Origin: Bacteroidales bacterium
Lineage (GTDB): Bacteria > Bacteroidota > Bacteroidia > Bacteroidales > UBA3663
DNA: 64,000 nucleotides
NCBI GenBank assembly: GCA_045639585.1
Contig: JAZUDJ010000109.1
Span: forward strand, 8,378-72,377
Direction of reading: 5' to 3'
In this document: in pieces, positions 1 through 9,294 of the stretch
Numbering within the stretch: position 1 is the first letter of the stretch
Layout: every line of letters begins with the position of its first letter
Made by a program: the position numbers and the translations under genes
The notes under the pieces: model-generated
Databases searched by the model: none
Seen by the model: only the letters and a program-made list of their open reading frames with translations
Told to the model about the DNA's origin: nothing

Positions 1-996
1 TTGACTACCAACTATTTCAAAATAGCTGGTAGTTTCTTCGAGAAGTGCTATTTGTGCGTGGTCATGAGGTCGGAACTCTATTCGAAGTTTTATCAGACCC
101 TTTTTCGGATGGATAGCAAAGAGCGTGGAGTCATCAACAGCATGAAAGTCCCGACATGAGCTATATGGTGCACTTTGAACATAAGAGATTTCCTGAGATT
201 CTTTGTCAATAATGTCAAATCCCCAGCCTCTGGAAAAAACAAATCTCCCAGAAGATCTCAGTTGTTCGTAACATTTACGAGTAGATGTCTTGTGATGTGA
301 TCCATCGGGATTCAATATATGAATATCTTTCTTATCATCTATGATCCAGCAATGTGTAGAATCGTTATTTGAAAATACAATTACATCTTTCAAGACTTTA
401 TCTTCCGTTTTTTCCCAATTAGATTCTATCGTCAGGTTTTTTCCTTTTTCGCATCTCCAGACTCCACCCACTGTAAGGGCATAGTAGATTCCTCCAGCAA
501 ATGAAAAAGCAAAGCTACATTCAGTTGAAGTAAAGTGATAATTAGTAATTAGATAAGATTCAAGATCAATCTCTACAAATCCGAAATCACAGGCCAGGAA
601 TAAAGACTTCCCACAGATGGTGGCATGATTGATCTTTTTGCTGCCAACGATCGTCTTGTTCTTCAATTCGAAAATGCTGTTGATCTTATTGTCAGATGAA
701 AGAATATCTATGGTTGCATCACTATGTACAAATACCAGAGATTTTTTTTCTTCGTACTTTATGATGAATTGAACAGAAGTTGATGACAGACCCTCTAATT
801 GTGTAAAAGATGCCGCCAAAGCCTCTTCTGGTTTTATGTAGAAGACGGCGTTGTCTGAACGAATGTATAGAAGTCCGTTATGCTCTTCGAGCTGAGAATA
901 AGTGCTATAGGTGCTAAATACTTCCCAAGAAGTATTGTATGCATAGCTTAAAGAGATAAGCAGAGAATATAATAGTAATATGAAGAGTTTTTTCAT
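1..996 (-). CDS. Hypothetical secreted protein, 3' end cut by the window edge
   Basis: Not in the supplied track because it runs off the window. My own minus-strand translation from the ATG at 996-994 stays open for all 332 codons to position 1 (MKKLFILLLYSLLISLSYAYNTSWEVFSTYSTYSQLEEHNGLLYIRSDNAVF...). It has a hydrophobic N-terminal signal peptide and a beta-rich composition. I see no catalytic motif. Confidence 0.6.
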   Translation of the reverse strand, partial: MKKLFILLLYSLLISLSYAYNTSWEVFSTYSTYSQLEEHNGLLYIRSDNAVFYIKPEEALAASFTQLEGLSSTSVQFIIKYEEKKSLVFVHSDATIDILSSDNKINSIFELKNKTIVGSKKINHATICGKSLFLACDFGFVEIDLESYLITNYHFTSTECSFAFSFAGGIYYALTVGGVWRCEKGKNLTIESNWEKTEDKVLKDVIVFSNNDSTHCWIIDDKKDIHILNPDGSHHKTSTRKCYEQLRSSGRFVFSRGWGFDIIDKESQEISYVQSAPYSSCRDFHAVDDSTLFAIHPKKGLIKLRIEFRPHDHAQIALLEETTSYFEIVGSQ

Positions 997-1115
997 TGCA
1001 ATACTTGTTTCTAAAATAACGCAAAAGAAAAATGATTATTGCCAATCTACTGCTTTTTTCAATGAAATCACAATAATTATATATCACGCGCGTTAATTAA
1101 ATAAATTTGATTAAT

Positions 1116-1928
1116 ATGAATCGTAAATATTCAACCTTAATATTATTTGTTTTTCTGGTTGTATTTTTGTCTTCCTGCCGTTCCATCAAGGATCAGACAG
1201 GCTTTACTTATGTGCAAAGTGAGCAATCAGATATCGTCAAGGCTTTGAACAAGCCTTACAGCTTAAAAATTAAGCCAGATGATGAATTGAAAATTAATAT
1301 TAGTTCTGTTGTCCCTGTTGCTACTTCACAATATAATCTTCCTGCCGTAAATTATATAGGAAGAAGCGATACTCAAATCTCAAATTCGGGTACAATCTCT
1401 ACTTATACAGTGTCTGAATCAGGACATATTGTGATTCCTTCCATCGGAAAAATCAAGGTTTCTGGATTGACTCCAGAAGAAGTTTCTGATCTTATCAAGG
1501 AGAAAATCAGTGAGACAGTAACTGATCCGATTGTAAAAGTAGATTTGAAGAATTTTCATGTCATCGTGTTAGGTTCAGTCAGTTCTCCAGGTACCAAATC
1601 TTTTTCTGGCCAACGATGCAGTATCTTCGATGCTATTGGTGCTGCAGGAGATATTACGTTGCATGGACGAAAGGACAATGTGGTCCTGATGAGAGAATGC
1701 AATGGCAATATTGAGAAGCACGTGCTTGATCTGACCGATGCTGCCATTCTGGAGTCACCTTACTATTATCTCCAGCAGAATGATATCCTGATGATCGATG
1801 CTACCGATGTGTCAAAAGAGAATTCAACATATAACACAATGAATAGTTTCAAGCTGCAGACTACTTCAACAATTGTAAGTGCAGCGTCTGTAATTGCCTC
1901 ATTGTTAATAGCTCTATTGATTAAGTAA
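1116..1928 (+). CDS. wza: Polysaccharide export outer-membrane lipoprotein (Wza/BexD family)
   Basis: Lipoprotein-type signal LVVFLSSC. Poly_export/SLBB-like stretch SGHIVIPSIGKIKVSGLTPEEVSDLIKEKI. First gene of a wza-wzz-wzy-wzx array. The track start 1107 is TTG; the ATG at 1116 is preferred. Confidence 0.8.
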   Translation: MNRKYSTLILFVFLVVFLSSCRSIKDQTGFTYVQSEQSDIVKALNKPYSLKIKPDDELKINISSVVPVATSQYNLPAVNYIGRSDTQISNSGTISTYTVSESGHIVIPSIGKIKVSGLTPEEVSDLIKEKISETVTDPIVKVDLKNFHVIVLGSVSSPGTKSFSGQRCSIFDAIGAAGDITLHGRKDNVVLMRECNGNIEKHVLDLTDAAILESPYYYLQQNDILMIDATDVSKENSTYNTMNSFKLQTTSTIVSAASVIASLLIALLIK

Positions 1929-1939
1929 TTTTGCCTTAT

Positions 1940-3511
1940 ATGATTAACGATAAAGATAAATTAGACCTTACCAAAGAAATCGCTGCATTGAAGAAAGGAA
2001 AGAAACTATATGTCTTTTCTTTGTCTTTTGCAGTCTTTCTTGCTATTTTCTATGCTGTGTTCAGTTCTCCTGTTTATCATAACGAAGCAGTCATCATGAT
2101 AGAGAAGGAGGGAGGCGCATCTCCTTTACAGGGTCTGATGGGGGCACAAGTATCTAATCTTTTTTCTCTGACAGGATTAGGTAGTTCAACGATGGATGAT
2201 GAACTGGTCATTCTTCGTTCGCATGATTGTTATAAGCAGGCTATTAGCAACTTGGGTACTAACCGTATATATACTGAGCGTCAAGGTCTGCATAAAACAT
2301 CTCTTTATGGTAAGTCGCCTGTTATAATTGAGGCTTCGAAGGCATTTTTTGATACCCTTTCTACATCTTTGAAGGTCACAATTGAATTGACTGGTAACGC
2401 TTCTGCCAAAGTTCTGGTGTCAAAGGGATTTATGGGATTGACTACGGTGTCTGAAACTGCAAGTCAGCCTCTGCCTTTCGTTGTACAGACTTCACACGGT
2501 ACTCTTCATTTTCTCAAGACTGATAAATACACAGATGGTAAGGATGAGATTGGTCGAAAGATTACTGTTCAACTTTCTCGCAACGATTATGCTGCAGAAT
2601 CATTGCAGAAGGTAATCACCATGAAAGAGGTTGATAAGAAAGCCAATGCTGTGGAGATTGATTTCGATATTCAGGATCCTGCTTATGGTCGTGATATGAT
2701 CGGTAGCATTATTGCCAGTTATCGAATGATGCGTCGTCAGCATAAGTCTGACCAATCAGCTTCTAAGATTTCCTTTTTAGATAAGAGAATTGAGCTCCTT
2801 GCCAATCAGCTCGACACAACTCAGCAGAATGTCATGGAGTATATGAAGGAGAATAACATCATGAATGTTGATTTCCAGACTTCCATGTTGATCCGAAAGG
2901 CAGAAGTATCAAAAGATACGATATTTGCTCTTAAGACTCAACAGATGATTCATGAGTCGATTCTCAAGATTCTGCAGGACCCAGATAATCAGTATCAATT
3001 ATTGGCTCAAGACACCAAAAGCCCATTGATCAAATCTTACAATGACCTTATTTTGCAGCGTACCGTAATGTTACAATCTGCAAAGCCTGGTAATGTCGCG
3101 CTTAATAATCTCGAGAAACGTATTTTTGAATTGCGAAATATCGTCATAGATCAAGCTCAACAAGAAATCCAGCAGAGTAAGATGCTGATCAACAGTATCA
3201 CCCAGCAAGCCGGTGCTGATGCTCAATCATTGAGCAACATGCCTTTGCATAAGTATGAAATGATCAATAACCAGCGCGACCTTAGCCTTCAGAACAATCT
3301 CCTCATCTATCTTCTTCAGGAGCGTGAGAACGCATTGCTGAGCTTAAATTCCGAAGAGGATGCTGGCTTTGTCATCGATCAGCCATATACAGCAAAGAAG
3401 ACTATCAAGAAAAAGATTTATATAATGTCGGCTTTATTGCTTGCACTTGCTTTGTTTTTGCCGACAGTTTGGTTATTATTCCGCATTCCTCGTAAAAAAG
3501 AAATAGCATAA
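1940..3511 (+). CDS. wzz: Polysaccharide chain-length determinant (Wzz/PCP family) without a tyrosine-kinase domain
   Basis: N-terminal TM (LYVFSLSFAVFLAIFYAVF), a long coiled-coil-like periplasmic region and a C-terminal TM (IYIMSALLLALALFLPTVWLLF). There is no Walker A motif anywhere. It sits directly after wza. The track start 1931 is TTG; ATG at 1940. Confidence 0.7.
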   Translation: MINDKDKLDLTKEIAALKKGKKLYVFSLSFAVFLAIFYAVFSSPVYHNEAVIMIEKEGGASPLQGLMGAQVSNLFSLTGLGSSTMDDELVILRSHDCYKQAISNLGTNRIYTERQGLHKTSLYGKSPVIIEASKAFFDTLSTSLKVTIELTGNASAKVLVSKGFMGLTTVSETASQPLPFVVQTSHGTLHFLKTDKYTDGKDEIGRKITVQLSRNDYAAESLQKVITMKEVDKKANAVEIDFDIQDPAYGRDMIGSIIASYRMMRRQHKSDQSASKISFLDKRIELLANQLDTTQQNVMEYMKENNIMNVDFQTSMLIRKAEVSKDTIFALKTQQMIHESILKILQDPDNQYQLLAQDTKSPLIKSYNDLILQRTVMLQSAKPGNVALNNLEKRIFELRNIVIDQAQQEIQQSKMLINSITQQAGADAQSLSNMPLHKYEMINNQRDLSLQNNLLIYLLQERENALLSLNSEEDAGFVIDQPYTAKKTIKKKIYIMSALLLALALFLPTVWLLFRIPRKKEIA

Positions 3512-3581
3512 AGTATCACTCTTTATTTTCGCAAAAATAATTATTAGTAAGGACAAATAGATATCATTAAGACATAACAAT

Positions 3582-4808
3582 ATGCTCAGTAAGAGTACGA
3601 TATATTCTTACCTTTTCTTATTCAGCTTATTTCCAGGCATGGTGATAGGCTTGCACTATTTTATGTTTACCGACGAATTTATCTGTATGTTATTCTTCGC
3701 CTTTGCTTTACTGGAATTTTTGAAAGAAGGGTTGGAGGCCATTCGTCGTCATACACCATTATTCATATTGTTAGGAATAATGGCATTTTATGTTTTATAC
3801 TCAATATTTTTTGTCCATTATAATTCTTCTCGATACATTATCAGCGATCTGATCAGTCAGTTCAAGCCATTTGTCCCTTTTCTGGTAATTCGATCCATGG
3901 GAGTGGATATCAGAGAGAAATACAAGCCAGTAGCCAAATTATTTTGCATCATCAATGCCGTATTGATGATTGTCTTTTTTGTGATAGGCCGAGGACAGCT
4001 GATGCTTCCTTTTGGCCATATTGCTCATCTTGGAGGTATCTGTCTCATTAGTTCGATGTGCTATTTATATTGCAGCATGGATGATCGTGGGGAAGTCTCT
4101 ATCCGAGATCTTTGCATTGGTATAGCTATCATTACCATCGGATTGTTATGTGGGCGTTCGAAGTTCTTTGGTCAATACATCTGTTTTATGATGCTGCTGA
4201 TCTTCTATCGTCCCGGAATGTTCCGACAGATTACTTTTGGCCGATTCCTTATCATCCTGTCAGTACTATTACTGATGGTGATCGTTGCATGGAGCAAGAT
4301 TCAGTACTATTTCGTGCAGGGCGTAGCTGATATGTTACAAAAGGAATCTTTGGAAGCTTATGGCGATAGTTTTGCGCGTCCTATTCTCTATGTCACTGGC
4401 GGTCAGATATTAGTTGATCATTTCCCATTTGGCTCAGGATTAGCATCTTTTGCATCTGGAGCTTCAGCTGACAATTATAGTTCCTTATACTATGAATATG
4501 GTTTGGACAAGGTTTGGGGACTTTCTCCAGAAGCTCCAAGCTTTGTGTGCGATGCTTATTATCCGACGCTCTGTCAGTTCGGTATAGTAGGTTTAGGTAT
4601 TTTTATTTGGTTCTGGCGCTGGGTGTTACAGATGCTGGCTGCAAAAGATTCTTTGTTCGAAGAAAAATTCAAGTTATCCTATATCATTGGGTTGACTCTC
4701 ATCGCTTTCGTCCTGATTGAATCTATCGGAGGTACCAATTTCTTATCTCCAACAGGTTTGTCGGCCATGTTGATCTTAGGAATGCTGACTCGTAAAGAAG
4801 TGAATTGA
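3582..4808 (+). CDS. wzy: O-antigen polymerase/ligase-like polytopic membrane protein (Wzy type)
   Basis: 408 aa, at least 10 hydrophobic segments and one larger loop (QKESLEAYGDSFARPILYVTGGQILVDHFPFGSGLASFASG). Its position between wzz and wzx fits Wzy. Confidence 0.6.
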   Translation: MLSKSTIYSYLFLFSLFPGMVIGLHYFMFTDEFICMLFFAFALLEFLKEGLEAIRRHTPLFILLGIMAFYVLYSIFFVHYNSSRYIISDLISQFKPFVPFLVIRSMGVDIREKYKPVAKLFCIINAVLMIVFFVIGRGQLMLPFGHIAHLGGICLISSMCYLYCSMDDRGEVSIRDLCIGIAIITIGLLCGRSKFFGQYICFMMLLIFYRPGMFRQITFGRFLIILSVLLLMVIVAWSKIQYYFVQGVADMLQKESLEAYGDSFARPILYVTGGQILVDHFPFGSGLASFASGASADNYSSLYYEYGLDKVWGLSPEAPSFVCDAYYPTLCQFGIVGLGIFIWFWRWVLQMLAAKDSLFEEKFKLSYIIGLTLIAFVLIESIGGTNFLSPTGLSAMLILGMLTRKEVN

Positions 4809-4809
4809 T

Positions 4810-6330
4810 ATGATTGCAGTACTGACTTTTCTCGTCCTTCTGATTTTTCCAATTTTCGTTGGAAACACATCGTTGTTGGCACAAGAAGAGGAACGTACTC
4901 ATGCAAGTTATACGATTGCCGCAGAATCAGCATTAGGAAGCGGTGATTTTACGGCTTATCAACTTGTTGCAAATCAGTTTGATGTCTTGTCCCATCAAGC
5001 CAATACAGGTTACTTAAGAGCAGCAGTTGACATTGACAAAAAGTTGGGCGAAAATTGGCAATTAAGTGGCGCTATTGATCTTGTCCTGTCAGCTCATGCC
5101 AAACGTACTGCTTATCTTCAGCAGTTATATGCGAATCTAAGTTACAAAGATTTCTATTTGGAATTAGGAAGTAGAGAACATGCTCCAGTGCTTCGTAATC
5201 AGCTCCTTTCATCTGGTTCTTTGATCAATTCAGGAAACTCTAAACCAATTCCAGAAGTCCGCATAGGTACGCTTGATTTCTATGTTGTACCTGGCACCAA
5301 GAACTGGCTGCAGGTATACTTCGATGCTTCTTATGGAGTGTTTATGGACGATGACTGGTTGATCAGTCAGTATGAAGCATTTCAGAGCCGACAAGGCAAT
5401 CGTCATTATCTGACGACCGATGTCTGGTATCACCAGAAGAAGCTTTACTTACGCACTGATAACACAAGACCTTTTGTTTTTACCGTTGGCATCGAACACG
5501 CTGTTCAGTTTGGAGGAAAGTGTCATGATTATTACAATGGAGAGAAGCGAATTACCGATCTATCTCCTTCCTTCAAGGATTTCATCACGGTTATTCTTCC
5601 GCGTGGAGATGGCAATGTCGGCTCTACTGTAAACAAAACAAAAGAATGGGTCAAAGGCAATCATCTTGGAGAGCTCTCCTTCCAGTTATCCTATAATATT
5701 CATTCGCAGAAAAACATAAATGCCTATTTGGAAGTTCCTTTCGAAGATGGCTCTGGCATTCGAAAAGGTAATGGAATGGATGGCTTATGGGGTATTGAAT
5801 ACAATGATCGTAACTCAGAGATCACACCTCTTCGTAGTATTGTATTTGAGTATCTTCAGACAACCGACCAGTCAGGTCCAATTCATTGGGCACCAGATGA
5901 TTTCTCCGCTTCAGGAGAGTGGCACCCTGAGCAAGCTACTGGTAATGATAACTATTATAACAATTATTTCTACAATGGTTATTGTCATTACGGACAGTCC
6001 TTAGGTTCTCCGCTGCTGATGTCTCCTGTCTATAACCGTGATGCTTATCTCGGATTTATTGATAATCGTGTAAAGGTATGGCATGTAGGTGTCATGGGAG
6101 ATATTTCTTCACGATTCAACTATATGTTCCGTTCATCTTATCGTGAAGGCTATGGAACCTATTTCGTTCCGCTTCAGAATAAGCACCATAGCTTCGACAT
6201 GATGTGTCAGCTTGGATATAGGCAAGGTCCTTGGATTTGTTCTGCTGCTATCGCATCGTCAAGCGGAAATATATACGGCGATTGCTATTCCGTTGATTTT
6301 AAAGTAATGTATCATGGCAAGATCTTCTAA
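4810..6330 (+). CDS. Secreted beta-rich outer-membrane protein, possibly a Wzi-like capsule-assembly barrel
   Basis: Signal peptide (LTFLVLLIFPIFVGNTSLLAQ). Aromatic- and Gly-rich alternating pattern typical of beta-barrels. The segment SGSLINSGNSKPIPEVRIGT resembles what I recall of Wzi-family proteins. It starts 2 nt after the wzy stop. Confidence 0.45.
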   Translation: MIAVLTFLVLLIFPIFVGNTSLLAQEEERTHASYTIAAESALGSGDFTAYQLVANQFDVLSHQANTGYLRAAVDIDKKLGENWQLSGAIDLVLSAHAKRTAYLQQLYANLSYKDFYLELGSREHAPVLRNQLLSSGSLINSGNSKPIPEVRIGTLDFYVVPGTKNWLQVYFDASYGVFMDDDWLISQYEAFQSRQGNRHYLTTDVWYHQKKLYLRTDNTRPFVFTVGIEHAVQFGGKCHDYYNGEKRITDLSPSFKDFITVILPRGDGNVGSTVNKTKEWVKGNHLGELSFQLSYNIHSQKNINAYLEVPFEDGSGIRKGNGMDGLWGIEYNDRNSEITPLRSIVFEYLQTTDQSGPIHWAPDDFSASGEWHPEQATGNDNYYNNYFYNGYCHYGQSLGSPLLMSPVYNRDAYLGFIDNRVKVWHVGVMGDISSRFNYMFRSSYREGYGTYFVPLQNKHHSFDMMCQLGYRQGPWICSAAIASSSGNIYGDCYSVDFKVMYHGKIF

Positions 6331-6751
6331 GCTTTTGTCTGCAATTATATGTGTCTTATTGTTTTGTATCTTCTCGTTCTCATGTCAGAATGGAGAAGAT
6401 ATTGGCGACCTCTACGGTCAATGGCGATTGGAAGAAGCTACCGATGATCACGGGACGTCATTTGTCAAAGACGGCATGTACCTTTCTTTCCAGGACAGGG
6501 TAGCCTGCGTCAAGCAAGTCAACTATACTTCGCATGGTTATCAGGATGTATATGCTGCATTTCATCAGGACGGTGACAGCTTGTTTTTTCATTTCAGCTC
6601 CAATAGTCATTCTGCTGATGATACGACGATGGTTTGCCGTACCTTCCGTTTTCAGCCATTTACAAATACTCGTTTGCACATTGTGACTGAGAGCAATACA
6701 CGTTTAGTTTTAGAAGATAAAGGAACTTGCTGGAGATTCATAAAATACTAA
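6314..6751 (+). CDS. Small lipoprotein, lipocalin-like
   Basis: Lipobox LFCIFSFSC followed by QNGEDIGDLYGQWRLEE (a GxW motif typical of lipocalin-like domains). Overlaps the upstream ORF by 17 nt. Confidence 0.55.
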   Translation: MARSSKLLSAIICVLLFCIFSFSCQNGEDIGDLYGQWRLEEATDDHGTSFVKDGMYLSFQDRVACVKQVNYTSHGYQDVYAAFHQDGDSLFFHFSSNSHSADDTTMVCRTFRFQPFTNTRLHIVTESNTRLVLEDKGTCWRFIKY

Positions 6752-6757
6752 ACTCCT

Positions 6758-8302
6758 ATGAGCGAAACAAAAAGTTTTGAGACGGATAATCGTCGAATAG
6801 CCAAGAATACGGTGTTACTATACTTCAGAATGATCTTCTGGGTAGCAGTATCATTATATACCAACCGTATTGTCCTCGATCAGTTAGGAGCCTCTGATTT
6901 TGGTATCTTCAATGTAGTGTTCGGCTTTGTGACCATTGTCTCGTTCCTGCCATCTTCCATGAGCGCTGCTGTCAGCAGGTTTCTCAATGTCGGCTTAGGA
7001 GATAAGAAGCAACAGATTCCGATTCAATCCATTTTCCAGGCAACCATAGGTGCTTGCGTCCTTCTTTCTATCTTTGTCTTTTTGATCTTTGAGACGGGCG
7101 GTTTATGGTTCGCTGATACACAACTCAATTACCCTCCAGAGCGCTCCACAGCCGTGATGATCATTTATCAACTGTGTGTAGGTAATATGGTCATTGGCTT
7201 AATATTCAGCCCTTTTCTATCGCTGATATTAGCTCATGAACACATGAGCGCTTATGCGATGTTCTCCATTCTCGATGCTTCAGTCAAGCTATTGTTTGTC
7301 CTTGCCTTACCGTATCTTGCCGTAGATAAACTGGTAGCTTACATGACATGTATCTTCGGTATCGGACTCATGCTCGATCTATGCTATGTCACCTATTGCC
7401 GACGACATTTCGCGGAGAGTCGCTTTTCTTCTTTCCATTTCGATTTCTCCATTATCCGTCAGGTCGTTGGCTATTGTTCGTGGAATACGCTTCAGGTTCT
7501 GACCTTCATGCTTCATACCCAGTGTGTGGCTGTGCTGGTCAATATCTTCTTTGGCACGGTCATGAATGCTGCTTATGGCATTGCCTTGCAGATCAGCAAT
7601 GTGCTGAAGAATTTTGCCAAGAGCTTTACCATGGCTGCAGTCCCTCAGATCATGAAGAATTATAGTGCTGGCCGGATGGATGAGATGTCTGTTCTCGTAG
7701 AACGTAGCTGTCGTATGGCGATCTCGTTGATGGGACTTCTCATCGTTCCTTTGCTTCTTCAGACACCTTTTATACTATCTTTGTGGCTCAAGGAGATTCC
7801 TCCTTTTACCATTATTCTTGTCCGAATCATCCTGTTGGTCACATTTGCAGATTCTTGCAGTGATCTTTTTACCGCTGCAGTAGGAGCTACAGGCAAGATT
7901 CGCAACTATAATCTTTATACCATCTGCTGCGGATTGATGCATGCCGTCATCGCGTGGCTATTTTTCCACTTTGGATGGTCTCCAGTTTCAGCTCTATGGC
8001 TTTATCTCGGATTCATTCTGATCGAAAATGTTGTACGACTTCTGTTTGTTATCCGTCTGGTTGGCATACATATTGAAGGCCTTTGGCAGATTGTTCTTCG
8101 TGTGATCCTCTTTATTGCATTGTCATTCTCAGTACCATATATTTTACAGCAAAGTCTCAGCGATTCAACTTGGCTCTCGCTGACTATCTGCGCCTTCTCC
8201 TTTGTCTTTACCTTCTGCATCGCCTCCTTAGTGATGTTGTCAGCTACTGAGCGTAAAGCTTTATGGACAACGGTACTCAGCAAAATTCACGCAAAGAAAT
8301 GA
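6758..8302 (+). CDS. wzx: Polysaccharide flippase (MOP/Wzx family)
   Basis: 514 aa, about 14 predicted TM segments. The N-terminus NRRIAKNTVLLYFRMIFWVAVSLYTNRIVLDQLGASDFGIFNVV is typical of Wzx-type polysaccharide biosynthesis proteins. Confidence 0.75.
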   Translation: MSETKSFETDNRRIAKNTVLLYFRMIFWVAVSLYTNRIVLDQLGASDFGIFNVVFGFVTIVSFLPSSMSAAVSRFLNVGLGDKKQQIPIQSIFQATIGACVLLSIFVFLIFETGGLWFADTQLNYPPERSTAVMIIYQLCVGNMVIGLIFSPFLSLILAHEHMSAYAMFSILDASVKLLFVLALPYLAVDKLVAYMTCIFGIGLMLDLCYVTYCRRHFAESRFSSFHFDFSIIRQVVGYCSWNTLQVLTFMLHTQCVAVLVNIFFGTVMNAAYGIALQISNVLKNFAKSFTMAAVPQIMKNYSAGRMDEMSVLVERSCRMAISLMGLLIVPLLLQTPFILSLWLKEIPPFTIILVRIILLVTFADSCSDLFTAAVGATGKIRNYNLYTICCGLMHAVIAWLFFHFGWSPVSALWLYLGFILIENVVRLLFVIRLVGIHIEGLWQIVLRVILFIALSFSVPYILQQSLSDSTWLSLTICAFSFVFTFCIASLVMLSATERKALWTTVLSKIHAKK

Positions 8303-9294
8303 AAAACTTCATAGATTATATCAAGCATATCCTCCGAAGCAACAGCTTTTATAAGCGTTACTTTCAAGGTAATATCAATGCACTGCGATATTTCATAAAA
8401 GACTTGAAGGTATATTTCCGTGATTATACCCTTCGTAAGGACTTTGAAGTGACTGGCAATACCGTCTATTTTGTCTTTGATCCTACGCAAAAGCATCCTG
8501 GAATGACCGATAGAATCAAAGTCATTGTCTGTTGTTATTGGATTGCCAAGCAGAATGGGTTCGACTTTAAGATCATCTATGATCAGCCTCATCTTCTGTC
8601 TGATTATTTGAGCGAGAATCTTGTGCAATGGAAGGCCGATCGTAGCGAATTGTCTTATTCTCTGCAGAATAGCCGGCTCCTCTCGTATAATGGTAGCTTA
8701 GAGGTACCTCGTTTATCCAAAAAGGTCAAGCAATACCACATCCTTCATTATATTGGCATAAATATCCTGCTGAATAACCAGATTCCCGATGCTGAGCGCT
8801 TGTGGACAGAGTGCTATAATGAGTTGTTCAAGCCATCACATCGTCTGGCCGATGCTTTTGCTGCTACGAAGCTGGTTCCTGGAAGCTATGCCTCTGTGCA
8901 TCTGAGGTTTGTTAATGCCTTGGAGCACTTTGAGGATGGTTTTTATAATTCGATTTCTCCAGAGGAACAGAAAATATTGATTGAGAAATGTCTCTCAGCG
9001 CTCAAAGACATCAAGCAGAAGTGTGAAGGACTTCCTCTTTATGTGTTCTCAGATAGTAATAGATTCCTGACTATTGCTCGTGAAGCTGGCTATCTCTCTC
9101 TCGATGGCCAGATAGGTCATATCTCTTTTGTCAATAATGAGGATGCATTGCTCAAGACCTTCCTTGATTTGTATGCGATCAGCCAGAGTGCGCAGGTCTT
9201 TCGCGTGTTAGGTTCTCCTTTATATAATAGTACATTTCCTTACTATGGAGCATTGATGGGAGGCAAGTTAGGTCAGAAGATCGAAATTTTATAG
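8299..9294 (+). CDS. Hypothetical soluble protein, possibly a glycosyltransferase (fucosyltransferase-like motif order)
   Basis: The ATG at 8299 overlaps the wzx stop (ATGA). Motif order SVHLRF ... LYVFSDSNRFL ... DLYAISQSAQVFRVLGSPLYNSTFPYYGALMGG parallels GT11-type HxRRxD / fSDD / NSTFSWW motifs, but only loosely. Confidence 0.5.
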   Translation: MKNFIDYIKHILRSNSFYKRYFQGNINALRYFIKDLKVYFRDYTLRKDFEVTGNTVYFVFDPTQKHPGMTDRIKVIVCCYWIAKQNGFDFKIIYDQPHLLSDYLSENLVQWKADRSELSYSLQNSRLLSYNGSLEVPRLSKKVKQYHILHYIGINILLNNQIPDAERLWTECYNELFKPSHRLADAFAATKLVPGSYASVHLRFVNALEHFEDGFYNSISPEEQKILIEKCLSALKDIKQKCEGLPLYVFSDSNRFLTIAREAGYLSLDGQIGHISFVNNEDALLKTFLDLYAISQSAQVFRVLGSPLYNSTFPYYGALMGGKLGQKIEIL

